The notes: a model not told the origin generated them from the sequence alone. A DNA stretch of 63,927 bases, filler included, from Craspedostauros australis (GCA_030167865.1; 9 parts of 9 records of this genome joined end to end with filler, not necessarily neighbours in it), one strand, 5' to 3'. Numbered from the whole stretch's first letter, positions 1 to 12,372 are shown. Translations and numbers: made by a program.

Positions 1-557
1 CACAAGTTGTTCCATATGTGTAGTAGCTTCAATACCATGGTCAATGCTGACCGATCCAGGTGGTGCCTTACAGGTCCAGCATTCAAAGATAGAACTCTGA
101 TTGCAAACATCTTCAATGCTATCGATATCATGAATCGCATAGATGTCTCGATTACTTGTTTCCAACGAATAGCCAACCTTGAAGCAGGCATCTCACAATG
201 ACTGACGTGCTTGGTATTCCAGTCAACGATGTCAATTGTTGGAAGATGTGTGAATGTAGCAACGAGAAGGAGGCCATTGATGCTCTTTGCCATCATGTAT
301 ACTCTACAATAAGAAGTTCAGGTGATTTTATGGTGGAGGAACATGCGATGGAAGTATGATCTTAACGTGGAACAGTGCAGTCAAGTGCGTGCCTAAGTAT
401 GATGTACACCTTCGTGCTAATCGAATTCGGGACTGCGTTTTCAGAAGTCTAACTTTGGGTAGACTTCAGGTCGACATTGGTCGTCTGTCGTGCATACGTC
501 AGGTTCTTGAGCATACCGAAGTTTTCGGTGTGATTTCCAACTATACGGCAACCTCCA
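1..557 (-). repeat. Dispersed repeat A, probable DNA-transposon end with decayed ORF (copy 1)
   Basis: Aligns by eye with 40704-41239 in the same orientation. Similarity stops in both after GCAACCTCCA. A minus-strand frame (VHDGKEHQWPPSRCY...) is broken by TGA codons. Confidence 0.75.
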
Positions 558-808
558 CGAACCATGCAAACAAGACAATGACACACCACTCAACCACATA
601 CTTGAGCACATCAACAACAGACATCGAATTGTCACTCATACTCATCACACAGTCCCATGGTACTCATAATACCATAATACCAGCCAGTGCAGCCACCACC
701 ATCGATATCTCTGCCATAGATAGCTCAGACTCCACACTTCCTCGACAGCCAATCCAACGCCCATCGTCCAACGTCCAACGTCCAGCAACCATCGACCATC
801 CTCTCAAA

Positions 809-1570
809 ATGCTGAATGCTACGAATGAACAACTCATTGATGCTGTCTGGGCAGGTGACTTGTCAGGGTTGAAGGAATGGAAGAAGCAGAACGAGACACA
901 GAATGAAAGAGTTAATGTCAACAAGGCCATAGGCTGCATTGGCAACACTCCCCTTCATGAGGCATGCATGTACGGCAAGCTGGAGTGTGTGAAGTACCTC
1001 ATCGAATCATGTGGGGCGAACATCAACTGCAAAAACCACTATGGTCGCACTCCCCTTCATTGGGCATGCTGGAACGGCAACCTGGAGTGTGTGAAGTACC
1101 TCATCGAATCATGTGAGGCGAACATCACGTGTAAAAACTACGATGGTTCCACTCCCCTTCATTGGGCATGCTCCAAGGGCCACCTGGAGTGTGTGAAGTA
1201 CTTCGTCAAATCATGTGGGGCTGACATCAACTGCAAAAACAACGATGGTCTCACTCCCCTTCATGAGGCATGCTACAATGGCGAGCTGGGATGTATGAAG
1301 TACCTCATCGAATCGTCTGGGGCTGACATCAACTGCGAAGACAACAATGGTGACACCCCCCTCCATCGGGCACGCAGCCGTGGCGACCTGGAGTGTGTGA
1401 AGTACCTCATCGAATCAGCCAATGCCGATACCGACATCCAAAACAACAACAACAAAACACCCCTCGATTTGATCAATTCATTCCGGTACACCGAATTCAA
1501 GAGATTGATCATGAGACGTCCCAGTCACCGCAACCCCCAACTGTACCAACGCTTACAACAAAACAAGTAA
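809..1570 (+). CDS. Ankyrin-repeat protein (~5 repeats)
   Basis: Repeated GxTPLHxACxxGxLECVKYL motif with a 102-bp DNA period. The track start at 356 lies inside repeat A, so ATG 809 (MLNATNEQ) is the likelier start. Confidence 0.85.
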   Translation: MLNATNEQLIDAVWAGDLSGLKEWKKQNETQNERVNVNKAIGCIGNTPLHEACMYGKLECVKYLIESCGANINCKNHYGRTPLHWACWNGNLECVKYLIESCEANITCKNYDGSTPLHWACSKGHLECVKYFVKSCGADINCKNNDGLTPLHEACYNGELGCMKYLIESSGADINCEDNNGDTPLHRARSRGDLECVKYLIESANADTDIQNNNNKTPLDLINSFRYTEFKRLIMRRPSHRNPQLYQRLQQNK

Positions 1571-1683
1571 GAGAATGAACAACCACAAGAACAGTTGTAT
1601 CAACAAGTTGAAGCTGAAGGAACCAGAGAATGAACAACCGCAAGAACAGTTGGGACAGCAGTTGGAGCGGAAGAAGCAAGAAA

Positions 1684-2032
1684 ATGAACGCAAACACAGT
1701 ATCCACAAGAGGACCAGCATCAGCATTGGAGAAGACCGGCTCACATCCTTCCAACCGAGAACAGGGCAGGCACATCTTCTTGTGTGGACAGGGCGACGAG
1801 CAGCAACCAATCAAGGCAAACTCCGAAGTCCTCATGATCACCGTCCTATCCATTGAGACATTGATCGACAAGGAATCCAACATCAGCACGTGAAGGAGGG
1901 CACCGAAGATGGCGTGGCCCCTATGTAAGTAACTGTCCCTCTTCCCAACCTTCAACCAAAACACATCCGATACATTTACAACGGCTGATCCTTATTTCCA
2001 ACGAGTTTGGCTTCTGGCACCTCAGGCTTGTT
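1684..2032 (+). pseudogene. 5' half of a BTB/POZ (SPOP-like) gene disrupted by a LINE
   Basis: BTB-like start (HIFLCG..DEQQPIKANSEVL), stop at 1891, then RLILISNEFGFWHLRLV at the junction, which reads on into LEAELTRKHL at 10827 across the TSD. Confidence 0.6.
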
Positions 2033-2151
2033 AATAATAATAATAATAATAATAACTCAAGGATTACATTAGGAATGTGCTCTGTAGGCTTTACCCTCGC
2101 CTCCACTGGCCCCGTGGGACCAAGCTTCGAACGAGCCGTCGAATACCTCAA

Positions 2152-5100
2152 TCATGTCAGGCCTAGCCAGCTACTCATAAGCCGCCTTTCGTTCTGCATG
2201 GTGCGTGCCCGTCGCCGGGCCGTCACCTTGGTTTGAACCTCCTGCACGTTGAGTATCCATTGCTGCATTTGCAGCTCTGTTGCGTACTCCATCTGATACC
2301 CCTCATGGAGGAGTACCACTTCGGACTCCGTCATATCCTGGCTTACGCCGCTGGCCATCCTCCTCACCTGCCTCCTAAGATCCGCAAGTGCAGGGTGCTG
2401 ATCGGCGTCGTGTACTTTCTCATTGCGCGCCCGCCACACGCCCCATGGAACCTTCCAGATCCATCGTACCACCTCTTTCATCCACGCAAGATCATCAGGG
2501 AATCTGCATTCATGTTGCTCCATCCATTGGGCTTGTTGCTTTCGCCAGTCCTTGTGCATGAAACCCAACATCAGCGGGTACCAGCCGACACCTTTCTGGA
2601 TGCCAGACGCCTCTTGACGATGCCTCTTGACGACGCCTCTTGACGACGCCTCCACTTGACCAGACCGATGCGCATGTTGGCCACTAGCCTGGGCGCCGTA
2701 CCAATGGACACCATTCTGTCAATCAGCTCTTCTGTCGCAGTACTCCACGCGGTCTCGTGCTCTTTGCACGGTAGGACATGCCGCGTAGTTTCAGTAGCCC
2801 CACAGAACGCACACCGCTCGCTTTCCTGCTGGCCCATTTGCTTCATTTTCCGGCCCTCTCCGACAAATCCGGACGACCACTTGGTTACGAATTTCGCCAC
2901 ATCGCGATTCTTCTTGGCACCTCGTGCACCTTGGTATCCCTCCCAGTCCACACTGCGAGCAGTCTCCATGTTCCACTCAAATTTCTTGGCCCAATAAGCC
3001 AAGGTGGCTGTGGCTTGGAGAGTTTTGTACACTTCTTGCTGCCCTACGTGAGAATAATGCTCCCCATTGACGACGACAGTCCACCGGTTTGTCACCGACC
3101 GCCACCGTCGCACTCGTCGTCGGGAAGCAGACGTCGCCCAGACGGCTTTGGCGCACTTGTCGCATTCAACGTTCAGTTTCTCGAGCATGGAAAGACTCTT
3201 GCCCGTGCTATCTTGGTGCCCCCGTACCCACTCCCATTTCAAGTTGGCTCGGATGCGCCCTCGTAGTCGATGTATCTCCACAAGAATGTCCCAATCCCGT
3301 TGTCCGGGACGTACGAAGTCCTCTTGGGCTTGTTGAAGGGCCTGGGACCCGTCCAGGGCCAATGTGATTGAGCATCCTTCGTCCAAGCCTGGAACCATAC
3401 CCAACATCTCGAGTGAGGCCCATATGCCTGCCAGTTCGCTCCGATAGGAGCTATGAACTGAGGCTGGTCCTGGCACAAAAGTGTGGCACGCCACGTGTCG
3501 CTGCGTGACTTCGTCGAACATGATAGAACATGAAGTGCCGCGCGCCGACTTGAACGACCTGTCACTCACCAGCAGTAGCGTGTGATTTCTCGCCGCTACC
3601 AGCATTTGATCCCAGGTAGCATCCCCACCCAGGTCTTCCACCGGATCGTACGGTTGCTCGGACTGCTCGGACTCTCGGTCGAGGCTAGTGCGTCCATTCC
3701 AGGAAATCCTGCGCTCCGTAGCCGCCACTACTACTCGATGTATGTGAGTGGGAAGCGAACCCACCGTCCCTCGCAGCCGATATGATGCCGACCGCGTCCG
3801 GCCTTGCCTGATGGGCACGAACACTCGTATCGGGCTGGCATGCGGGTCGTAGATCTCGTTCGATAGCGCCGATTTTCACCACTGCCACGTTCCGTCGTTC
3901 TTGTGCCATTTCCCAAGAGTTGTTTGGAGCAACCGGCCTCGGTAGCAGAGACTACTGCACCACCTTCGCCACTCCTTCCACCACCCACTTGGAAGATTTT
4001 CCGGACGGCATGCCCATGGACGCACTTGAGTCAGGGCGCCCTGACCTTCCATGACGCCAATTGCCAGCGACGTTCCCGCTGCATCCACAATGTCCGACAG
4101 TCTGGAAACCCCGAGCTTCATCCTGCACATGTTCAGGTGATATAACTTCGCACCCTTCACACCGTCGCAGACCCACTGGGTCATGAGGAACTTGTCCCCT
4201 TCGCGTTGTAGCTCTGAAGCCTTCGTGGTCTCCACTATGTTCACTCCCGTGTCTTGCAGCTGCCTCCACAGGCCTTTTACCCAGCAGGGAGTTACACAGT
4301 GGTGGAGTTTCTCATACGGATGATCGAACAAAGAGCCGCCGATCCCCAGTTCCGCTTTGACTGCTTGAATCGAACATCGCAGCATCCGACCCGTGGGCGT
4401 GTCCCCATGGACTTCATCAAACACCAGCTGAATCTGTTGAATCAGTTGCCGGTGCACCGGGTTGGGTACCCCTAGCCCGCCGAGCGAGATAGGAGCGTAG
4501 ACCAGATCTCTTGGAAATGTTCTTGAACACCCCATCATCGGCAATGCTGCAAGCAGTGCAGGCGCCATGATCCTTCTCCATTGGGCTGCAGTGAGCTGAG
4601 TGATCCCCATCACGTATTCGATCGACTTGATGAAGCGTAAAGTAAGGGCACACCTCGCATCTTCTGGGGATAGCTGAGACCTTCGCATTTTCCCGGCGAA
4701 GTCCTTGGCTTTCGCCCTGAGCGTCTGTACCTGTTTCTCCTCGTTCTCATCGAACGACAGGAACACCCCGAGCGTGAATAGTGGCTGGCCCAAGGGTCGG
4801 CGAGGTATCGCGCGACGTGCACCGTCCCCGTCGACAACGACGATCTCTTCTTCCAGGTCCCCGTCTGTCCACTGCCAATGGCCGTCTTCAAACCGAGGGC
4901 TCAGAGACCACCACGCGGATTTGTTGGGGACAATGGCGCCGCCTGTGACGCGTAACAGCCCGCTCCAGTCTTGGACCATACTTGCGAACTGTTCCGCCGA
5001 TACCCTCATATCGCCTCCCAGCATAACCAGGTCCGTATCGTCGACAAACGCAGACCTGAGGACATCAAAGCTTCCGTTGCCACTTAGATAAGCGACTGTC

Positions 5101-7658
5101 TGTTTGTGTCCCCTTTGTTCCATAGCCTTGAACATGACCGAGCTGATGACTGCCCAAATGGCCGGGCCTGCACCGTTGCCCTGTCCAATGCCGTGCATAC
5201 TGCAGTCGTGCCCACTGCCGTACGACCGTTTCGACACTCCAAAAGCCGTACTGATGCAATGTTGAGCGTCGCGGAGCGTACGGAACATACACCTCGTCGC
5301 CGACGGATTCGCCCCTGCAGCCATCATCACGGTCGCCGCGAAATTGGGAACAATCCGATCATAACACGACTTCGCGTCGTTCGAACAGAACCAGATGGGC
5401 ACCTTCTTCTGTTTGCTGACATCGATACTCACTCTCTTGTTGAACGCAGCACTGATTGCTGACCGACCTTTTCTGCTACCAAACTGGAACTCTGAGAGCC
5501 ACCGCCGTTTTTCTGCTGTGACCATCATCTGTCTCCCCAGGCGCTTGTTGTTGAGATTAAACTGTGCGTCCATTAGTTGGATGGTCCGCATTTTCTCAAT
5601 GTTAAAGACTTGCGCCTTCTTCAGGATCTCCACATCGGTAACGCACTGCCATTCACGTGGTGAGTGGCCGGTCTGATACGGTATCTCACATAGGGCCATG
5701 TCGACTTCCGCGAGAACTGCGTTGGCTGCCGCCGCCTTGTAGTGGCCGAAGTGTGGGTTACTGGGCTCGGAGTTGGTGAGCTCTGTCTGCTTCTTCCACG
5801 CTTTCACGTGCTCTTCGACTGTATGCTCGTCAATTTCGCACTCCACGGGTTCAAGGACCTGCATAAGCTGCTGCCAGAGAGGATGATCAAATGTATGGGG
5901 GTGTCTGCCTGCTTGAAGGAGCTCCTGTGCGGTCTGCCGACGCCAAATTTTGTCCATCGTCCTCCTTCCCTGTCCCGACATGCACGGTGTATCTTTTGCT
6001 TGCGAAAACCGTTGTTTATTCTCCACTATGCATGCATCCACTATGTCACCTTGTTTGGTACATTCATGGACCACTCCATCTGCGTCCGTGTAGAGCACTT
6101 TGGTGGTCATCGCTTTCCCTTTACCGAAGACAGTTCGAAGCCTCACCGCTTGCTCTCTTTGCCGCTCCCGATTCAGGAGAGTTTTGATAGCTGTCTCATA
6201 ATCCTGTTCACAACTGTCGTGACGTTGCCGTGCCAGTGTGACGAGGTGTTCCTGTCGTGCCTTCCAGTGCTCCTTCCTGATTTCGTAGTAGGCCTGGTAC
6301 GCTTCGGATTGTGCTGCTGTCGCTTCTTCCAGGGACGCGGCCGCTGGACATCCCGACTGGGCCCTCAACCGTTTCCGCAGTGACGAGCTGGTCTTCACGC
6401 CTTTCCAGTATTTGACTTCGATGCTCCAATACCTCACTTGGTTACGCGCGTGTTGCACTTCCGGAGACCATGACACTTCTCCCATGGCTAGCTTTCTGCT
6501 CTTTTTCTCTGCGAACTTCCGGATTTGGTACACCTGCGTAAGCAGACCGTCGTAGGCCCTTCGCTGTGCCGCGTTGATCTCCCATCCTTGCGCCTTCGCC
6601 TTTTTGAACAGGTTCATGGCACGTTGGTGTATTCGGTGTTTCCCGTACTCTCCAAGGATTGCATCGTTGTATTTTTGGACTACTTTTGGATTGCTGAGGA
6701 CCAGTCGCCTTGGCTGAGAAGACATCACTCGTTGCACACCAGCTCCTAAGATCTGGCTGAACCCGAGATCAATCCACACCGCTCGATGGTCTGACGGGAT
6801 AGCGTCGCCGAACGCCGTGTACCCTGCCCGGATCACCTCCAGTCCTTCCGAAATGTAGATCGCGTCGATAAGGGTATTCGTTCGGTTCCGTTGCTGTGTT
6901 GATCGCCGTGCTTCGTCTCCGACTCGATCAGAGACCGCGTTTTTCAACCCTACTGCTTTTAATGCGTGAGCGGTCTGTCCGTGATCTGTGTCTTCGTTCA
7001 GGTCAACGCCGACCACAATCGCGTCCCCGTCTTCCTTCCATCGCCGCACTTGGTCTTGTAGATCCTTGATCCACGCTTCATGGGGATCCTCTTGCCTTCC
7101 TTGGGTAGTGAGTACTCGCACCTGCTGGCTCCACACTGTGGGGTCACCTTCTGTGGATTTGCATGGCCTGTATGCCGCCACCACTCTCACAGTCTTGTTT
7201 CTCTTACCCTCGATCTTGCACCAGGACCATCTCCCCATGCCGCTGTCGTCGACTCCATATTGGAACGCTCGCGCCGCCATTTGTTCTGTAAGAACGACTC
7301 CGGTTCCTCCGTACTGTCGTGGCTCTCGCCCAAGCTCGTGGACGTTGTAGGAGAACACGTGTTTGGAACGCTTAACCTTGCCCCGCACACGTTCTTCCCA
7401 TTGATCTCTTGGACTGATATGGTCCCACCTCACGTTGGTCTCCGCAAGTGTAAGAACATCGAGTTTTGACCTTTGGATGAAGTCCATGATTTCGTCATTC
7501 TTTTGCTGATACGCGTAGAGCGGGATCTGGGCTGCATTCTGGAAAACCACTCTGACTTCTTCGTTGGTCTTCGACTCCATGACGTTGCCGCAAGCATTGT
7601 TTAGTCTACTTGCTTCCTCCTCTTCTTCTGCCGGATCGCCGGCTGCCGTTGGACTCAT
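2152..7658 (-). pseudogene. LINE ORF2: AP endonuclease, reverse transcriptase, RNase H, C-terminal Cys/His motif
   Basis: APE motifs (VFQNA, LAETN, GVDLN, IDAI, SDHRAV); RT motifs (NDAKSCYD, GIGQGNGAGP, FVDDT); RNase H motifs (SYRSELAG, WVRGHQD, NVECD); CAFC..H..C. In-frame TGA at 3876-3878 (the 2571..3824 ORF is the same frame) and a frameshift from a 13-bp tandem repeat near 2606-2650. Confidence 0.9.
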
Positions 7659-10045
7659 GCTGACTGTATCTCAGCTCCTTCTCGGGGCTGTCGTTTGCTC
7701 TGAGTAACTGGCCTTGCACTGATGTGCTGGGGATTTTGTCTGTGCAATACCCCGCTTGTTGTTGCCGTGTCTGTTGTTATTGTTGTTGTCACCGCTGTTG
7801 CTGTTCTTTTCGTAGTTGTTGTTGCTGTTGTTGTTCTTGTTCTGATTATTGTTATTGTTGTTGTCTTGTGTAATTGCCGTCTTGATTGATGCTGCTGTCG
7901 CTAGCTTCGAGTTTATCCGCTTTTCTCGTCGATGCTTTATCTGTGTGTGTATCCGTCACTTGTCGTATATTTCTCTCTTTCGTTGACCCGGCGTTCCGGT
8001 GTAATTGCTATGGCTGTGGCTGTCGCGGTTCCTACCGCTACTCGCTTGTGGAGGTCTCGTTCGCCCTTGTCCTTCTTCTTTTTATTAACTCTTGTTGTCC
8101 TGCCCGAATCCTGCGGAGTAGCCGCTTACGCAGTTGGTCCTATGGCGTTCTTGGCGATTACGCTTGCACTGTGGCCTCTTCGCCACCGTCGGATTTGTCG
8201 GAGCTTGTGTCCATGTTGACGATCTTGTTGTCGGCCGGCTCATCATCTGTGACCGACCTGTTGCTGCTCGAGCTGTCCTCTTCTTCGTCGTCCCCTTCTG
8301 TCTCTGCGATGGTTTCAGGATGGTCCACGTCGAAGTCCGTCTTGGCCCACGGGTCCGACGCGAAAGCGCCCGGGTTATTGGCCTTGTTGGAGGCCGCATT
8401 AGTGATAGAGTACGCGATGTGGCTGGCCTGTTGGGCCGGTGAGGCTGTCGCGAATGTACCCACTGTGTAGTTGTCCCCGTTCTGCGTCTTCGGGTTGGAT
8501 GTCAATTCCACTTCGAACTGCAGCAGCGGAACCGGCTTCATATTGCCGTGTTCGTCCATGTACCCTTCCCATCCCATTTCGGCTGGGGTCATACCCATCG
8601 CCTCTTTTTCGTCCAGATTCAGGAACTGGGGGCCGGCTTGCACCATCTGCCCCATTTCTTGCTCTTCTCTGCTGAGGACCAGGCCGGACTCCCAATCCAC
8701 ATCGCAGTGCTCGTTCTGCGCCCACGCATGCAGGGTAAACCACCCTTGGCACCTGTAGTCCAATTTCTTGTAACAGAAAAATGGGAGCTTCGAAATGAGC
8801 TCGTGTGCCTCAACTCTCCTCTTTGGATGGAACACAAAGTGAGTCTGGGTCCAGTCACTCCTGTCGGTGTCGACCGATACAAACAGGGAGTAATCCGGGT
8901 CCTCGAAGGACCTGAGATTCATCACGACCTCTCGCAGTGTCAATCTCCAAATGGGAATCTTGACATTCAACTGCAGAATTGAGTGGACCCCTTGTACCTT
9001 CATCACCTTTTCGAACTCCTGTTGGTGGGCCGCCATTTTGCTCAGGTTTGCGAGTTCCGACGGAGGATGTTCGAATCTGGTGTCCAAGGCGTCAGGCATG
9101 AACCTCATTTGTTTTCCCAGCAAGCGGATTGTGTCGGAACAGTTGTTGAAAAGGTCCTTCATGGCCACTCTGCACATGAGGGTCTTCGATTCTCTGCACA
9201 TCACATGTGTGGCTCTGGGCCGGTTTCGAAAGTTGCTGGTGTCCTTTGGTTGGTTCCTCTTGCTGACCAATTGGATTTCCTTTGTACGGAGCTGGACCGC
9301 AAATTTTCCTTTCACAGCCTCCGTTTCGTTGATGGCTTCTGTTAAGTCGTTGTTGTTGGTGGTACTGTGACTACCAAACAGCCATCCTGCTGTCACAATG
9401 TTGTGCTCTTGGATATCCAACTTGGAGAAGAATATCGCTGATGCTCGTAGCGTACCGTTGTCTTCAAACACTTCGGTGTCTGCTTTGTGGGCTACCCAGA
9501 TCCTCGTGTATGTGTTGAAGCCTGTGCGGGCATAAAGACTCTCAACGAACTGCTTGATTGTCTCATGGGATGTCCACGGGACGTCGGATGCCGTCCATGG
9601 TTTCATGTCTTTGCTTCTTCTCCATGCCACAATCTGGGCCTTCGAATCAGCTCTGAAAATGAAGGCTCTGACTTCGTTGAGGCTCAAGATGACCTGGTTG
9701 ATGAGCAGGTCATTGGACTCTCTTGCCATGGGCAGGCGGACGTCAAAGAAGGTTTTGTTGAAATCGCTCAGCACGTTGTTCACGCTGGGTAGATCTGCCT
9801 GTCGCGCTGACTTCCTTGGGAATGCCACAACCTTGCGTTTGGGTTTGCAAGGCTTCTTCTTCTTCTTCGGATTTGGTGAGGTAGTAGTCTCCTCTTCGTC
9901 CTCGAACTTGATGCCTTTGGATTGCATGAAGACGACTCGTGCTGCTACCCACGTGGAAGTTTCGTGGGTGGCCTTGATCCTTCCGGCGTCCCACATATTG
10001 GGGAAGATGTTGGGGGTCGCGACCACCTGTATCATGAGCTCCACC

Positions 10046-10251
10046 TATTAGAGCACTATCGAAAAATCACAAGGGGAGAGCAAAAGCAAAGTACCATGCC
10101 GGGATTCGAACCCGGAACCTCAGTTAGAATTACTGGTGCTCTACCGTTGAGCTACAGGCGATGCGATTGCTGATCCGAACACAAGTGAAATTTATAGATA
10201 GTGGGGGCTACGGGAGTAACGTACTTAGCACTATTCGATTTTGTGCTGATA
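10046..10251 (-). mobile_element. 206-bp tRNA-bearing insertion (solo-LTR/TRIM-like), complete copy
   Basis: Flanked by CCACC at 10041-10045 and 10252-10256; ends TATTAG...CTGATA; a second partial copy at 33532-33613 shares the same terminus. Confidence 0.85.
10091..10164 (-). ncRNA. tRNA-like Pol III unit (not a canonical tRNA)
   Basis: A-box TAGCTCAACGG, D-stem GCTC/GAGC, stem CAGT/ACTG with a 7-nt loop, T-arm CCGGG-TTCGAAT-CCCGG, upstream TATAAA (10191-10196), downstream TTTT. The acceptor stem pairs poorly and U33 is absent. Confidence 0.7.
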
Positions 10252-10808
10252 CCACCAGATTGATGTTTTGTTCAGGCTGAAGCTTGTTGTTGTAAGAAAG
10301 TTGAAATGCCTCCATCCACTCCTCCAGCAATTTTCCAATGTCTCCTTCCTTTGTGTTCTCCTTGATGTGCGCAACAGTTTCGTCGAGTGCGCCCTCCGCC
10401 CCTGTGGCAGCAGTGAAGGGTTGTGCGTCGCGTGTCAACAAATTGCGTTCGCGAAGGATGTCACCCCAAGATTTCTCATGGTCGTGACTCCAGATCCAAC
10501 GGCTGTTGCCCGTCGTGGTGTTGTTTTTTGCCGCTTTCTTCCGTGCGCCTTCCCTGGCCTGTTTTCGGCCCCCTCCTCCTCGTCCTCCCTCGCCATTATC
10601 ACCATTGTGACGGACTCCTCTCCCTTGTCGTCCTGATGCCCTCTGATGAGTGCGGGGTTGCCTTGGGTTGGCTTTGCCAGAGCCGTTTGCTGCGTTGGTG
10701 CGCGCCGTTGTCAGGTTTTTTGTCCTGGTAGTGATTGTACACGTTCTACGTAAAATTTTCAGTACTGGTCCTACATACGTCTTCTCGGTAGAAGGGTCAC
10801 GCGGACTG

Positions 10809-11207
10809 TGGCACCTCAAGCTTGTTCTTGAAGCAGAGTTGACCCGCAAGCATCTCACAGAGGACACCATGATAGATGTGTTGATATTCGCCCATCAGCA
10901 CAACTGCGTGGTGTTGAAGGATATGGCGATGAGAATGGCAGCTGAAAGTGAGAAGGATACGTTCACTCATCTAGATTTAAGCAAACTAATTCTACAACCT
11001 CAACTGATGGGAGGCATTCATGTCCTCCGCAATGGGGGAGCGGAGAGTGATGGTACTGATGATGAGTACAGCCACATGTCCATGATGGACCTGTACAAGG
11101 TTGTAGATGAGGACAAGGGTACAGAACAAATGGATTCATACATGGATCGGGCGACATTGGTGGACTTCGTCCGCTCAATGAGAACCAGCTCTATGAGAGC
11201 CAATTGA
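10809..11207 (+). pseudogene. 3' half of the disrupted BTB gene (BTB end plus BACK-like helices)
   Basis: WHLKLVLEAELTRKHLTEDTMIDVLIFAHQHNCVVLKDMA matches the SPOP-type LK..CE..L / ..VL..A..HNC..LK pattern. Confidence 0.7.
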
Positions 11208-12372
11208 TCCGAAGTGATTGTGGTGGACGGCGCTGCCGAGGAAGAGGCGTGAAGTGTCAGACCATACCAAATCATAACAGAAGTCTTCAAGAAGTGAACG
11301 CATGACAGAATTGAGTCGATGGATAGACATAGTCGTCAGAATAGTCATTAGGATAGTAACTATGTGAAAGGAGCTGGAGCAACTTGAGATCCAATCATTG
11401 AATGGTGCGTCCGGCATGCCTTCACCGTCGCCTTTGGTGATGTGCACAGCATGCTGCTCTGCATGCTGCTCTATCCACTCCCGTATCGTTCGCAGCACGG
11501 CTTGGTTGGGCCGCGAGATGCGCAAGGTCTTCCGTGAATGAATTGCAGATGATCCTGGTTGGCGTAAGGCACGTTGGTGTGCAGCGTCATTGGCCAATGC
11601 GACATGAAGAAGATGTTTCAGCCACCGCTGTCATCGCCGTGATCGTTGTTGCCGATCATATGGTTTCCACGTTCGTTGGTTTCGTGGGTGTGGAAGGAGT
11701 TGTGTGGGAAACGATGGTAGACCCCGCTGGCGTCATGCATGGCTTGTTGGACTCGAATCCAACTTGACGAAGTGGAGCGTATTGCGACAGTACCTTGTTG
11801 TTGTTGGTGGTGGTGGTGCTGCTGCTGCTGCAGTTCGTGCATGATGTCGCGCAGGGCACAAGCGTATGCCAGCAGCTGCATGGTTTTCGATATGGCGGAC
11901 CAAGATGACGAGCCATGGGAGAAGTTGCCAACGTCATTGCACAGGATTTCAATAATGGTGGATCCAAGGAGACAGTGCCTCTGTCTCATCATTTGCGGTT
12001 CGTGGTGGCGACGTATCGCTTCGAGCATCGGTATGAGCAGGAGTGGCTGGTTGTGGTGCGTGTTGTGGGGACTGAGGAACATCTCCAAACTGATGGCTCT
12101 GCAGGTCTCGGGAAAGTCGCTGCGTCCAATCTCACGGATGCATCCGTCCAACATGTGCTGAATCTCCGTTTCAGACAACGCATCGGATGTTTATGTGCGT
12201 GGATGCTGCTGCTGATGACTTGAATCCAGACCGCACCATGGGCCATGCCATGTCTTGCCATTGCTGTTGGTTCTACTGTTGGCGCTGCGATTTCCCATGT
12301 CCCAAGCCTATCTTTACTCCGGAGCAGTTGGTGTGATATCTTCCCTTCGGATGTTTCTGAGCGATGCGGCAC
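11175..12372 (-). CDS. Possible hypothetical gene (fragmented or spliced, poly-Q/H tract)
   Basis: Consecutive protein-like minus-strand ORFs 11989..12372, 11618..12178 and 11175..11597; no recognisable domain. Confidence 0.3.

Larger units (their letters stand above)
2033..10808 (-). mobile_element. Non-LTR retrotransposon, Ambal-like (ORF1 + APE-RT-RNaseH ORF2), near full length, inactivated
   Basis: 18-bp TSD TGGCACCTCA(G/A)GCTTGTT at 2015-2032 and 10809-10826; (TTA)n 3' tail at about 2033-2055; two long ORFs with LINE domains. Confidence 0.9.
8158..10808 (-). pseudogene. LINE ORF1, split by a 206-bp insertion
   Basis: ORFs 10208..10870 and 8158..10044 join in frame (QPEQNINLV-ELMIQVV) once 10046-10256 is removed. 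Confidence 0.85.

Noticed and set aside
356..808. N-terminal extension of the ankyrin ORF
   Set aside because: Starts inside dispersed repeat A; the other copy has a similar spurious frame (41038..41394).
809..7658. Diversity-generating-retroelement-like pairing of an RT with a variable ankyrin gene
   Set aside because: The RT is a standard TSD-flanked LINE ORF2; no template/variable repeat pair with adenine-specific differences was seen.
10091..10164. Functional tRNA-Glu(TTC) gene
   Set aside because: The acceptor stem does not pair properly, U33 is missing, and it lies within a TSD-flanked mobile unit.
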